A stretch of 64,000 bases of DNA. It comes from Octopus sinensis (lineage: Eukaryota). The stretch spans positions 35,340,001 to 35,404,000 of the forward strand of contig NC_043009.1 of the NCBI RefSeq assembly GCF_006345805.1. Reading direction: 5' to 3'. Position numbers and translations under genes: made by a program. Position 1 is the first letter of the stretch. Each line of letters starts with the position of its first letter. A model generated the notes under the pieces. That model searched no databases and had not been told where the DNA came from. It saw only the letters and a program-made list of their open reading frames with translations. Shown in pieces: positions 24,680-38,894 of this stretch.

Positions 24680-27600
24680 AAGCCCAATGCCGATAGTATC
24701 GCGGACGCCGGAGGCAGGTCTGGAAAGCTGGAAGCCTCTAGTCCGTGACCACATATTGGCCACGAATGTTAGAACGTCGCTCTACAATGAATAGCCGTGA
24801 CATTGGAGTTCGGCAGTTGGACTCGTGACTAGGCTGGCCTTTTTAGGATTACCGCAGCCCACCCCTTAATGGGGATCCCCTAGAAAATGTGGAGTGAACA
24901 TCGAACACAGCGACTCGATGTGGCTAGCATACCGCAGCTGGCATACCTCTCACTCATTGGTCGGAATTCATCCATCATTGACTACTAAATCCACACTCTC
25001 CAGCACAAGAGTGACATTTATCGTCCGGAACGACATACAGTCCTCGTCTGCAAGGAACTTGCCCGCTTCAACATCGATGTGGCAGCCTTGAGCGAGACTG
25101 GGCTTCCAGGAGAAGGCAGTATCGGAGAAGCTGGCTCAAATACACCATTTTGGAAAAGGAAGAATTCTAACGAACCACAAATCTATGGAGTTGGCCTTGT
25201 CATCAAATTGAAACTTTTGGATCAACACAGACTTGTCCCAACTGCTGTCAGCGAGCGCCTGATGACACTGAATCGGCAGTGACCATTGTCTGTGGAACAG
25301 CATTCTTGGTCACCACGGCATTGGGAAATGCGATGCTAATGGCCAGCTCTTCCTTTGCACCGAGCCTTTGCACCGAGCACGAACTCGTCATCACTAACTC
25401 CTTCCTTCGTCTCCCAACCAGACAAAAGACGATCTAGAAACACCTACAGTCTAAAAACTGGCACATACTTTTGACTACGTTCTGCCAAGATCCAAAGACA
25501 GACGAAATGTACGAATCACCCACTCCTTGCCTGGTGTTGGTCAGATCCCCTCTTTCTTATTTCTCACCTTCACATCAAAATCCGCCGTCCACCAAAGCGG
25601 GTCTCAGCAAGCATACCTTGCCGGCACATCGACGGCGCCAAACTCCGGAACTCACAGGCATCCCAAGACTTCAGGGAATCCACTGATAGACACCATTGAG
25701 GATCGCTGGACGAGCCTTCATGATGCCATGGCTGCTGCCACTGAGGAATTTCATCTTTCTCGTCAAACCAGTCTTGGTTTGACGGGAATGATGAAATCAT
25801 CTCCCGTCACATCGAAGCCAATCGCCTTTGAGAACTATACTACTGCGGAGAACAAACGAAAACACCAGGTAGCATCAGCGGAATGGCAGCGAGGAATTAG
25901 AGAAGCTCAGAACATTTGGTGGCAGAGAAACTCAGAGGAGGTTCAAAATTATGCGGACGAACGAGACTTGCGTCGCTTTTATGCCGCAACCAAGGAGATC
26001 TTCGGCCCACAACATCATCAGTGAGTGACCTGAAGAACGCAGTTGGCTCCACAATAACCGACACTAAGGAACCCTCGATCGCTGGAAGTCCCATTTTGAG
26101 AGCCTTCTTAATGACCACTCACGCACTTCAGACGAACTCCTCCAAAACACCCCACAGCTTCCCATACGCTATTGGATGTGCCTGCCGCTCTTGTCGCATA
26201 AGTTCAACAAGGCATTTGGGCAGATGAAGTCGGGAAAAGCTCTAGGACCAGACAACATCCCGTTTCAGTTACTCACGCACTGATCACCTGAGCTGAGAAA
26301 TCATCTGACGCTCCTTATCCTCAAGATCTGGGAAAGCAAGACCTTCCCGAATGACTTCCGCGATGCAACTATCATCACCATATACAAGAAGAGAGACCGA
26401 GAGGACTACAGCAACTATCGGGGCATCTTACTCCTGAATATTGTAAACAAGATCATCGCCCGTATCCTAGAGAATCGCCTCCTCATCCTCGCGGAAGACG
26501 TCCTCCCCGAGTCACACTGTTGCTTTCGATCTTTTGTGCCCGCCAACTTCTGGAGAATGTCAAGAACAACATCCTGCAATACTCATCTCCTGGGATCTAA
26601 AGAAAGTCTTTGACAAGGTCCACCGTCCTGTAATGTGGGTCATCCTTGCGCGGTTTGGATGTCCGGAAGAATTCATTGCCCAGGTTCGCTCCCTCTACGA
26701 GGTATGGTGGGTAGGGTATGCCATCAAAAAGCCGTCTCAAACCCGTTACCCGTCACTGGGGGTCTTAAGCAAGGATGTGTCCTGGTACCAACCTTTTTCT
26801 CTTTGTATATGGCCGCCATATTCAACGAAATCCCACTGGATTCACCTTCCATCAACATGCGCTATCGCTTCGATTGCAGATTTTTCAATCTCGCACGTCT
26901 CCGCGCAAAGACGAGGACCTCTATCATCTCAGTCCGTGAGATGCAGTATGCCGGTGACAATGTCACCCATAGTCGGACCATAGATGGCCTACAGACGACG
27001 TTCGATCTTTACAACGCGGCTTATGAACGATTCGGGATGCAGGTAAATATAAGGCCAAGACTGTGATGCAACCTACACCGGGCCAGAACAGTCCACCTAC
27101 GAATACTAGCTTCAACGGCCAACCGCTTGAAGAAGTTTAACACTTTTAATATCTTGGAAGTACTCTTTCGAAGAACCCTGCGTGTGAAAAGGACTTGGAG
27201 AACCGGAGCAGGGCGACCCTCACCGCCTTCGGTAGACTCAACCATTGTGTATTCTTCGAACACGCACTGACCATCCGGACAAAGATCATGGTCTTCCGTG
27301 CTATTGTCCTGTCAACTCGTCTCTACACTTGTGAGACTGGCCCGTTGTACCGCCGTGAATTCAAGCGCTTGAATGCTTCCAGCAATCCAAGCTACGACAT
27401 ATCCTCAATATTCGATGGGAAGATCATATTACCAACAATGAGGTTCCTCGCCGCACCTCACTACCAAGCGTCGATGCCACCATTCTACGCCATCGCGCCC
27501 GCTGGGCAGGTTACGTCCAGCGTATGGTGCCCTCTCGTCTCTTGAGGATCTTGCTCTACGGATAACTTGCAATCGAAACAAGACCCAGCGTAGGCCCGAA

Positions 27601-27945
27601 ATTACGTTTTAAAGACCAACTCAAACGGACCCTGCCTCAAACAAACATCCAGCCATACTCATGAAAACAGATTGCCATGTAAAGGATAGTCTGGAGGACC
27701 GCTATCCGCAATGGTTCCAGTTCCTTCGAGTAGAACAGACAAGAGTATGAGGAGGTAAAACGCAGAAGAAGGGGCGTCTTCAACATCCTCGACCCGCACC
27801 GACCATTCTATGCGAATTTTGCCCACGACTCTTTCACCACCGACTTGGACTCTAAACTCACATTCGGCACAAACACCTGCTGAGGAGACTGGATGGTGAC
27901 TGACGAACCCAATGCTTGGATACGAGCTGGGACCGACGGATATAT
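24680..27945 (+). mobile_element. Near-full-length degenerate RTE-clade (BovB-like) LINE: APE endonuclease + RT
   Basis: PERHTVLVCKELARFNIDVAALSET (APE N-term); GKCDANG..HELVITNS; KSGKALGPD; DYSNYRGILLL; DLKKVFDKV; GLKQGCVLVPTFF; QYAGD; AFGRL...KIMVFRAIVL; C-terminal CEFC...H...H. Many stops, frameshifts and an internal deletion in the EN region. Confidence 0.9.
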
Positions 27946-28049
27946 CCTTATATATATATATATATATCCTTACATACATACATACCTACATACATATATG
28001 CATACATACATGTATACATACAAACACACACACTTACATATATAAATAC

Positions 28050-29040
28050 TAGCGAAGGCACCCGCTTAAGCTTTGGAAGAAAAAAACAAAATAAGTTGTA
28101 TAGAAATTTTTTATTCTAAATTCAATTAATTTTTCAATTGGGTTACAATTTATTCTTCCACTGGGAAATCATTTCTGAATTCATAATACAAAAATAAAAC
28201 AAAATAAATTAAAAATAATAAAAGAAAGCGACTATACAAAATTTACCACTTTTCTGAAGGCAGAAAAATTCTATCACATGTTGAATGCAATTGCTAAAGA
28301 GCTTCTGAGTAAACAACATTCTTTGTGTTCTAGTTTGGATCATAGACAAATAAGTCTTGCTAACTACCAACTCTGGAGCAATTAACATGACGCTGGCCAT
28401 GAGAAAAGCAAGCTCAATTATGTGCAAGCCAGTATATTTCAACAGTTGAACTTGAGCTTTATAAATAGACATTGCGAACAAAGTCGCACTGGAAATTGTG
28501 TTCGTTTGAACACAAATGGCTTGTCTGTTGGTTTGATTGAAAATCTTGGAATGAAAATCTCTTCTCCAGAGGTACATACAGTGATGATGGTAGCTTCTAT
28601 CACATTAGGTGATAATGCCTTCACAATCAACATTGCATAATTGTGGAGGATCTAAATTTCTTAGAAGCATTATTAGGACTTCTACCTTCAGAAAAAGTTT
28701 GTGAAGGAGTTCCAGATGACTCAACAGAATTAAGGAATTCTGTTGTGTAATGGACAGCTTGATTTTCATCACGGGCTCTGTCAATTGATTTGTACTCCTC
28801 AATGACCGCTGGAATTTTATCCATTGATTCATAGTTAATCCTTGCTACTGTCTCATTTTTTTTAGCAAGAATTGCCCTTTCAAACAACCATTTATGTGAA
28901 ATATAGTCTGAAAATACCCTGTTCTTCAATTCAGCTGGGGAATTGATAGCAAAATGAGCCAAATTGATATCACAATTCCCATCAAATGGCACTTGCCTAT
29001 TTCCTAATTGGAGGAAGTATTTTATTCCTATTTCTATGTA
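28050..29040 (-). mobile_element. Helitron 3' part: degenerate RepHel PIF1-helicase C-terminus plus CTAG terminus
   Basis: HKWLFERAILAKKNETV; EYKSID..YTTEFLNS; LKVEVLIMLLRNLDPPQLCN; IVKALSPNVIEATI; FKRTQFPVRL; FAMSIYKAQ. Minus-strand end ...GCGGGTGCCTTCGCTAG at 28050. Confidence 0.9.
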
Positions 29041-29689
29041 GGTGTATCGGCATACTTAGACATTATATGATATTATATTGTATCTAATATGATTTGCATC
29101 TCAGAATTCTTTAAAATTACCACCGCGAAACTCTGATTTACTTGTGACTACAGAAAATGTTTATAATCTTCTATATTGAATACATTTCCCTCTTTGTAGG
29201 CATACCTATACACACACATACACACGCATCATACTCATATACACACACATCATAAATCACACACACATACATAAACACACATTTACATATTATCTGGGTA
29301 TTCACATACATAATTGTGCGTGTGAGCAGAGATCGAGGATAGCAATGAAAGTCATACAACAACGCAGAATACATTAAACATTTCATCACCATACATATAA
29401 AGAATACAAAGAAGAATAATGTAAATGCAGATATACGTCTTATTTTTACTATATTTCACACGACTGCGAAAATTATTAATGCTTTCTGGTAGTGTTCAGA
29501 GATGACGCTTATGATCTTGTTTTGTTTTTTCTGTATTTTTGATTTATAAAAATGCTAGTCATATCATAGAAGTACCTTATCAAGATATACAACCTTCCTA
29601 ATTTCCAAGGATCATTAAAAGATGATTTATGATTATTCAATCGTAATTTAAGAGGGGTCTGCGTGCAACCTATTTAATGAAACCAAGAG

Positions 29690-30190
29690 AGATATTGTGT
29701 TGTAATAGTAGTTTATTTCATTTTACAATTACCTTTAATCTCACAGTTGTTAGGGTTTCTACAGTTACAGTTGTTACTAATATTAGACGTAGTTTTGTTA
29801 TGTGTATGCGTGTTGATAGAGGTAGAGTTTGTGCGAGTATGCGAATCGTTGGTAGAAGATATAGAACTATTTGAATAATTGGGGTTAGTATTAGTAGTAG
29901 TGGAAGTTACATTCTTGGAGTAAAGATTTAGTTTTCTATTGTTAAAGGCAGAAATAATCTGTTAGGAGAAACAGAAAATCCAAATATAATTATTCTGTTA
30001 TTGAATATCCTAATATACCAAGATTTACTAAAATTTGATTTAATAATAGAACAAATAGACTTTATAAAATTAGACTTCAAATGTTTAGCAAAAGGAAATA
30101 TAATCCAAATTAGGTTATTGTATTTCTTATTGGTATGGTGGTTTTTATTAGATGGGTCACCCATTCGAATAAATGGTATAGGTGACATTT
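29690..30190 (-). mobile_element. Penelope-like element fragment (RT-EN linker and Cys-rich start of GIY-YIG domain)
   Basis: Minus strand gives IWIIFPFAKHLKSNFIKSICSIIKSNF...FNNRIIIFGFSVSPN and NNCNCRNPNNCEIKGNCKMK (CNC..CPLxGxC-type motif). Confidence 0.65.
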
Positions 30191-30238
30191 ACACTATCAT
30201 TAACATTGTTATTGTTATTATTGTTGTTGTTGTTGTTG

Positions 30239-30304
<66 letters not shown>
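30190..30304. repeat. (GTT)n(ATT)n microsatellite
   Basis: Directly visible. Confidence 0.95.
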
Positions 30305-30305
<1 letters not shown>

Positions 30306-30384
30306 ATGTATTGGACATCATTAAAATTGGTTATGCACTTGTGTGGGGAATTTTGAGTATCTGAAGAAATAAGAGATTATATAC

Positions 30385-30415
<31 letters not shown>

Positions 30416-30939
30416 ATTGTGTGTGTTTGTATGTGTGTCAGTTGTCCATTAAGGAGGAAAAAAGCTGGCTCTAAAATAAATTTTTAGTAGTTATTTTTGT
30501 CATGTAGTGCAGCAGAATATCTTTGGTTTTGGCAAATAACTTGTAAGCAAATTACCATAGATTTCACGTCGATATAGTACTTGACAATATAGGCAACTGA
30601 CCAGACCTGCTGGTTGGAAACACAAGGACACCTTATTAGTGAAGGTCAATATACAACCATGATCACTTTCTTGGTGTTTAAAATTGAATCCCAAAAGACT
30701 TTCCGAGATGGAATGAACTACTTGCACCATCACTCTTAGAAAAAATATTTGGTTTGTTTTTGTTTTTTCAGTACCAAATTAGCAAGAGCACATATTTTTC
30801 TCCATTACCAAAGAGTTTGTGTACTTCAAACACAGTGGTCTGATAAGTGTGATAGCAGACGTGAAATCAATGGTAACTTTCTGACTTGTTATATGCCATA
30901 GCCAAGGATATACTACTAGACTGCATATAGCGTATGTAT

Positions 30940-32029
<1,090 letters not shown>

Positions 32030-32756
32030 AAAAGGCACAAATGTATAGTTTAGAGAATGTTTAATATTTTTGTAACAGTGAGTGATTTAAAATATAACCG
32101 GTTTCGATGTATCCATCTTATCAAATGTTAAAAATAACTTTTTAGGAAGTGAAAGAGAAAAAAATTGTTGTGTTAACAGTTTGTACCCATGTTTTTAGGG
32201 CAAAGTGAAATTCCATACATACATTGCTTCAGGCAACATAGCATAAAGCTTGGAAGTAACGAATGTATAAGTGAAGGAACTTTATCGATTTTCACCATTC
32301 AAAAGGTTCGTTAGGTTATGTGGGCAGTTCTATGTGTAGGGAAGAACAGGTGATGGAAAGAGAGAGAAGAATGCTAATGATTAAGGAGAGGGAGGAGTGT
32401 GTTGTGTGGCTAGACTCGTTTTGATACTTGTGTGTGCACATGTTTGGATGGGTAATATAGGTCATTGGTGTGACATTAGTCACAGAAGACACTTCCTCAA
32501 TGTATTTAGATGTTGTAGGGCCAGGAAACAAAATTTGTTCTGGTGTTGAAGTTCGTTGTTGACAAAACGCTTGACCATACAAGGAACAAAAGGAACAAAA
32601 GAACAAAAATTAAAAGGACCTTGTAAGGGAATATTAGTTGTCAACAATGAACTTCAACACCAAAACAAATTTTAATTACTCCTGGGGTACAGTGATATAG
32701 CAGAGGAAAATAATAGGTTCTTCTGTGTTTAGTTTTGTTCTTTTGTTCCTTTAGAT

Positions 32757-35653
32757 CAGGGATGGGCGAACCTTTTTGATCGCGGGCCGCATAGTGCGTC
32801 TTTGAAACCTTGGCGGGCCTCATTTATAAAAATCAAGGGAAAATATTTTTAAAGGCGGTTATAGACCTATAAACACACAATTGATTGAAAGGAAATTTTG
32901 TGAAATATTCCTGGTTTAAGTGATTTAATTTATTTTTTAGAGTATCGGGTTCATGTTTTTCGGTTATTTGCTCCTATAGTTGAAATTATTACAGGATCCT
33001 CGGTTATTTTGGACAGCCTGTTATTGCTTACAAATTGCCAGGAACTGAATTTTCCTAGTAAAATCTGCACTAATTTTGGACAACCACCTCTTAATATTAT
33101 GGACAACCATGATGAATATTATACTTAAATTCTAGGATACCCAAAATAAAAGATTTTAAAGAGAAATAACAGTTTATTAATATGAATTGATATATGAAAT
33201 TAGAAACGTCACCTGAAGCATTTATTTGAAAAACAAAGCGGCTCTGTAAATAACAATGTCAATGAGAATGATGCAGCTGTCTACTGTCATTTACCAGTTT
33301 GTCAAAATTAGGTGTCAAGTTGCTTGTGCTGATTCTTAATACTGACTGAAGATTTGAGTCTGTGAGAAGTGATCGATTCTTCCCCTTGTTAATTTTCATG
33401 ATGGAGAAAGTCTGCTCACATATGTAAGTTGATGCAAACAACACAAACATCTTTCTTGCAAATATTTTTAGATTTTGAAACTTTTTTGAATGTAGAGAAG
33501 CATAAAACTCGACCAGTGGTTTACTTTCAAACATCATCTTTAAAGAATTGTCGGCTTGCAAATGAATCAGTTCTATCTGCAGTTCCTCGGTAGTTGTTTC
33601 AATGTCACAGGCAAGAGGTGAGTTAAGCAAATCGAACAAGCCTTCAACTGCCTTGAAATCAGCAAATCTTCTAATGAATTCCTTTTGTAAAGCCATCAAC
33701 TGGGAACTGTACTTGTCCGATGATTCTTGTGTAACAGACTGTGTTTTCAGCAGAGGGAAGTGAATAAATTTTTGCTCATTCAGCTGCTTGGCAAAAAGTC
33801 CAAGCTTCCATTGAAAAGCTTTCACTTCCAGGTACAATTCATGAGCAAATATACCTTTGCCTTGCAGTTTTGTGTTAAGTTCATTCAGCTTCTGCATTAT
33901 GTCCACAGCAAATGCAAAATCACAAACCCATTCGTCACTCTCCAGTTCGTTTAAAAAGTCACAGGATATGTCTTGCATTTTGTGAAGCATAAGAATCTCT
34001 GCTTTGAGGTCCCATTCTCTCTTAAGAACTTTTCCAATGCTTAACCAGCGGACATTTGTGTAGTACAGCACATCAGTAAAATCAGCCTCCACATCCTCGA
34101 AGAAACTTCGGAATTGCCTGTGTTTCAATCCCCGTGATCTTATTAAATTCACTGCACGCACCACAGGTTCGATGACATGTTTGAGTTTTAAAGATGACTT
34201 ACAAAGGCTTTCTTGATGTATGATGTAGTGAAAAGACAACACACTGTGTAGTGGAAAATCTTCTTTGATTTTGTCATTCAACAACTTCACAAGGCCGGAA
34301 TGTTTACCGGTGAGTGAAGGAGCTCCATCGGTTGTAATGCCGGCCAGTTTATTTAGGGTTAATCCAGACCTGATTGAAGTGTTAATGACACTGTTGAACA
34401 AATCTTTTCCAGTAGTAGTGTCTTTGAGAGACTCCATAGATAACAATTCCTCTGTAATTTCAAAGTTTTCGTCGATTCCTCTGATGTAAATGAGTAACTG
34501 AGCAGTATCCTAAATATCAGTACTCTCATCTAAAGCAATAGAAAACCACTGAAATCGACCACTGGCTGTTAACAGCTGTTCATGAATATTCACGGCAATT
34601 ACATCAATGCGACGAACAATAGTTCTTCGTGATAGGGAAATGGCTTCTACTTAACTTCAGGACACACAACGCTGACAGCATCAACCATAGAATCATTGAT
34701 AAATTCTGCTTCTGCGAATGACTTGTTTTGCTTTGCAATTTTGTTGGCCAATATAAAACTTGCCTTTGTCGCGTTCCTTTGTAAAGAGGAAGTTTTATCA
34801 AACACATTTTGCTGTTGCTTCAAACGTTTTGTCAGATCATTTGCTTTCTTTTGCAGTTCTTGTTTTGATAAATTGTGTCCAAAATTGGCGTGCTTCGTTT
34901 GAAAGTGGCGTTTCAAATTATATTCCTTGAACACAGCATCTGTTTCAGAACAAATCAAACATGCAGCTTTCACTCCAACGTCGGTAAAGAAATACTTTTC
35001 AGTCCAATTTTCATTAAAAACACATTCCTCTTCAATTTTTCGCTTTTTAGATAGCTTCGAACAACTCATTTTGAGTAAATTTTATCAGACAACAAAAGCT
35101 AGTTTGAAACACTCGTGTCTGTACTAAATTCAAATAATCGATAGAGTGAATGATAACCAACCACAGCTCTGTGTCCAGAAAAAGCTGGTTCAAGCCCTTT
35201 TATTAACCTGGCCGGTTTCTTCATTGGAACGAAACGCATCGTCCATCATGCCCTCTTCACCATCTATCACGTGATTTATTTATTTGAATGTTTCAAGCAT
35301 ATCGATTGACTCGTTGTATTGCCACAATACTTGTTTCATTGTTCTATTAATTTTTGAGTTTGTAGGGTCTGACGAGAAAACACAGAAAAGATATCTTCAC
35401 CCGGAAATGTGTTTTATTATGATGTCATGGGAATATTTCTCGAAATGTTTCATCGCTTCACAGTAGCTGAAACAAACAAACAGCGGACAATTTTGTGAAG
35501 GCGCGAAACAGTGAACTGAAATAAAATGCAAACTATTGTGAATTACCGTGCAACTGAAACAGTTACGAAGTATCTGCATAGAAGTTGGGATTCATAAAAG
35601 CTCTCGGCGGGCCGCATGAAAACCTATGGCGGGCCGTAGTTTGCCCACCCCTG
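32757..35653 (-). mobile_element. Complete hAT DNA transposon (Buster/Charlie group), 2897 bp
   Basis: 15-bp TIRs CAGGG(A/G)TGGGC(G/A)AAC; perfect 8-bp TSD CTTTAGAT at 32749-32756 and 35654-35661 with central TA (Buster-type NNNTANNN). Confidence 0.96.
33259..35069 (-). pseudogene. hAT transposase (~604 aa) with one frameshift (~34650) and one nonsense codon (34510-34512)
   Basis: Zn-BED-like CLICSE...LKRHFQTKH; ALDESTD (D1), TTDGAP (D2), HYIIHQESLC (CxxH with C>Y), NVRWLS, FASTYICEQTFS (E). Frames join as VCPEVK / VEAISLSRRTIVRRI. Confidence 0.92.
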
Positions 35654-35689
35654 CTTTAGATGCTATGATGGTTAGCGTTTCTCTGTTTC

Positions 35690-36090
35690 ATAATGTTTTG
35701 TTCCAATTCTAGGAAGAGTGCCTTGATCTTACGTTTGCATGATACAATTACTATTAATTACGTTTTCCTTGGATGTAATGATCCTTGGGCCATCCTGTAG
35801 ACTTGGGCTACATACCAGTGATGTTCTATTGTATGGTCAAGCGTTTTGATTTTTAATTGTAGACCAGTTGGTTGTATACTCTACTCCAATCCCTTTGAGC
35901 CTCTAGATGAGGTTAGATAAAGATGTGCAATATCTTTTGTTTTCATTGGAAAATGACGTAGGATGGTTACGCAGACAATTTTCTTGGTGTCTCTTGTTTC
36001 ACCAATCTGCAGATATTTTAGTACACCCGCCTTCACTTCACATATGTAAAGAACGTTCTTTACCATACAGTTGTTCTTAAATTTGCACAC
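35690..36090 (-). mobile_element. Penelope-like element GIY-YIG endonuclease fragment
   Basis: CKFKNNCMVKNVLYICEV...QIGET, then after a shift KRLRNHPTSFSNENKRYCTSLS..I*RLK...W..IKNQNA*PY; matches the PLE pattern NVIY..YIG.T..KKR..NH..SF..T.LS..IW.LK. Confidence 0.75.
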
Positions 36091-36154
36091 ACTCACACAC
36101 ACATACACACACATTCATACAAACACACACAGAGTAAAATATATATCCTTTCTT

Positions 36155-38760
36155 CAAGTTCCTTTGACACTTTTTTCTAAACCAAATCACATGTCGAATC
36201 TTTAGTAAATCCGTGAACGGCCTGTAGCAATATTTCTACTTGTGTACAATTTGCAGCTTATAACTTGAAATCATACCATATACGAGAGATCATTGATTGT
36301 TTTGTTCTGTTTAGCATGCTGGTTAAAGGCATCAATGCTGGGGAAGGGATGTAATAAACAAGGTTCCTTAGTATACAACTCTTCTAACGTGAATGGCTTT
36401 ATTTTGGGTTTATATTTTTGTTGTTTGTCTGAAGCGGTTATTTATTGTTTGTTATTTACTCATCAGATGTTTTGCGTATTCTGTTAGTGCTGGTGCTACT
36501 ATAGTAAAGGCTAGTTTTCGTGGTCCATTTGTAGGGAATACTGTCAAAAGCCTCCTGGTAATCAATCTATACCATTAGGATTTTTCTTCTGACAGTCTTC
36601 AGTTGTGGTTTCGTTGATCAATAATGGGTCATTACAACGTCTCTTTTGCTTTTCCAAAAATAAATCATTTTCTTCTGGTGTGTCTGCTCAGCATCTGTGA
36701 TTTTATTGCAGCTTAGGCTTTGCTTGTAGTTTTCGTAACTTTGTGTGATAAGATCATTCTTTTCTCTTCTGTGAGACATTCAGGTGTTGTTCATGTCTCC
36801 ACCAGCATCTCATCAAGCTGCTCTTTATGTTTCAGCTGTGTGTCCCTGTAAAATATCTTAACCAGAAGTTTGGATACTGTTGTATGAAGGTGCCCTGTAG
36901 TTGTTTGATTTTTGCAATACCTATGTTAGCTCCTCTGTTGTTATGAGTGTCCAGAGTCGTTTAGGAACAATGTGTATTGTTTTGATTAATCTTTCTTTTC
37001 TCGGGTAATTCCTTTGAAGCCCGTAATTCTTCAAAAATCCTTTTTATTGCTCTTGCGGCTTTTGCTTCCTTATCCGTTATTATATTTTTACCAGCTTCTC
37101 GGTAGAATCTTTTTTAGGTGAAATCAAATCGTTTTGTTCAAGAAATTGTTGGCTTTTTTCATGCCGACGATATTTTATAATTTAACGAGTATCTCTTGTT
37201 TTAAATACTGCTTTATTTCTGGCACCTCTTTGCACTATTATTTTACATTTTTATGGTATTTTTCATTCTTTCTTATTTAGTATCGCTGTTTTGTGTCTGT
37301 TTTCACAAAGGGTTGACAGGTACTTTTTCTTATACTCTTTTTCTGAATATTTGTTTTCTATAGCATTTGTTTGGTTTTCAATATTTCTATTTGGGTGAAT
37401 CTGGGGAAGTATTCACTGTAGTTGTGATTCGAAACCGAACTGATAGATAACCTGTCAGACATCATGATCAAACCACACTAGTTTCAGGGGATCGGTATTT
37501 TAAGCAACCAATCATCGTGTGATACAATTCTCTAGAATCTTCTTCTTGTACCTTATATAAGAGCTGCTTTCGGTACCTAAAATCGTTGCAGAGTATTGAG
37601 TCCTGCTGACTCATTCACACATCTCACCTTTTGCGAAGCAAATTGTTGAAAGATAACTGAGCGATAAGCGCCTCCTCTGTTACCAGATGGCCAACTCAGG
37701 CCGAATCATCCACATTTCTAAATTCTTGCCATACAGAATGTTGAGGCGGCTGCACGTTGTCTCCATTCTCGTCACAGGCACACGGTTAAGACAAATGGCA
37801 GATAGTCGATAGAAATCTTCGTCACCATGAATAATATACAATTCTTTCTAGTTATGATGAACTAGTCACATGTTGCTGTAAACTCCATGCAGTACATCTC
37901 TCCTATTATGTAATTACTGCTGTTATTATTTTTAAAATGCCAAGACAGTTAAACTTTATGTTAAATCATAAAATCTATTTGTTCGCGAGTGTTGTAATCT
38001 ACTTCTTCACGTTGCCCAAGAAACATGTTTTCATTTATCTGCTCAAACATTTAGCACTTCACAAACCAACACACTAATGACGTCACTTTCGTCTGTGGTC
38101 ACAGAAACTGCTGCATATATTTTATTTCGCTTTGTAACTTTGATATTTGCACCTGTCATAATTCATTCTGAGGTAGCCAAATTCATGTTTCAACAGTTGT
38201 TGCAATCTTATCATTAAATCTTGTTTGCAAAGGGCAAAATTGTTTTCAATTTTTGAATTATACTGAAGTTTAGAATATCTTGATCATGATCTACGATTGT
38301 AGAATTTTCTGGTTCTAGATCTGCTTCATATACCTCCCCATTTATACATTTGTTTGTGCTGTTCTGGATAGCTATCGTGTGGATATTATTGTGCAGCCCC
38401 TGATGTTGAGTTTGTTGTGTTTCCTTGTTTACTTCGTTTGTGTAAGGTTTATCACTGTGTTTTCCAATCTCAGTACTTTTATTGTTGTTCGGTATTTGCG
38501 AGCATTCACTGTGCTCTTCTAATACATTGAGATGTTTTCAATTTCTGAAAGTTTTTATTTTTGAGAATTTATCTCTTGTAGTTAGTTTTATGGGGTTCAG
38601 CGGCTTCTTTACATCTGAGTTATTTTTCTTCTAGACTTTATACAAATATGTTATTTTACGTTCGCTTTGTAGATAAAGTCCCACTGTAAAACTAAGCGTG
38701 TAGTTTAGAAACATATACCTTTCGTGTTCATTTACATTTATCTAATCTTATTCGCAACAA
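36155..38760 (-). mobile_element. Old, heavily degenerate R4/Dong LINE (N-terminal part + RT)
   Basis: Minus strand is collinear with 3270-3780 (LLINETTTEDCQKK..IDYQEAFDSIPYKW; ...AVHGFTKD...FGLEK); upstream extent approximate. Confidence 0.6.
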
Positions 38761-38894
38761 GTGAGACGTAACGCTCAGCTCTTCATTTAGTTTGTTATCA
38801 CTTTGGTAGAGGACTAGCCCATTATTTTCTTGTCCTTCCAAATATCTCTTTATAGTGTCATTGCGTTCAATTAAATAATTAGAACACGGAAAAG

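Noticed and set aside
29770-30190. AT-rich segment that at first resembled a mitochondrial insertion (NUMT, ATP8-like hydrophobic ORF 30001-30324)
   Set aside because: No mitochondrial gene or tRNA motif could be confirmed; the minus strand yields a PLE-type CNC..C..G.C motif instead.
33259-35069. Calling this a domesticated gene (GTF2IRD2/ZBED8/EPM2AIP1-like)
   Set aside because: It has TIRs, a TSD, a frameshift and a nonsense codon, so it is a transposon copy.
35365-35402. Hammerhead-like string GGGT-CTGACGA...GAAA-AGATATCTTC-ACCC inside the hAT subterminal region
   Set aside because: Stems I and III are plausible but stem II cannot form (GAAAACACA), and it lies in a DNA transposon; probably chance.
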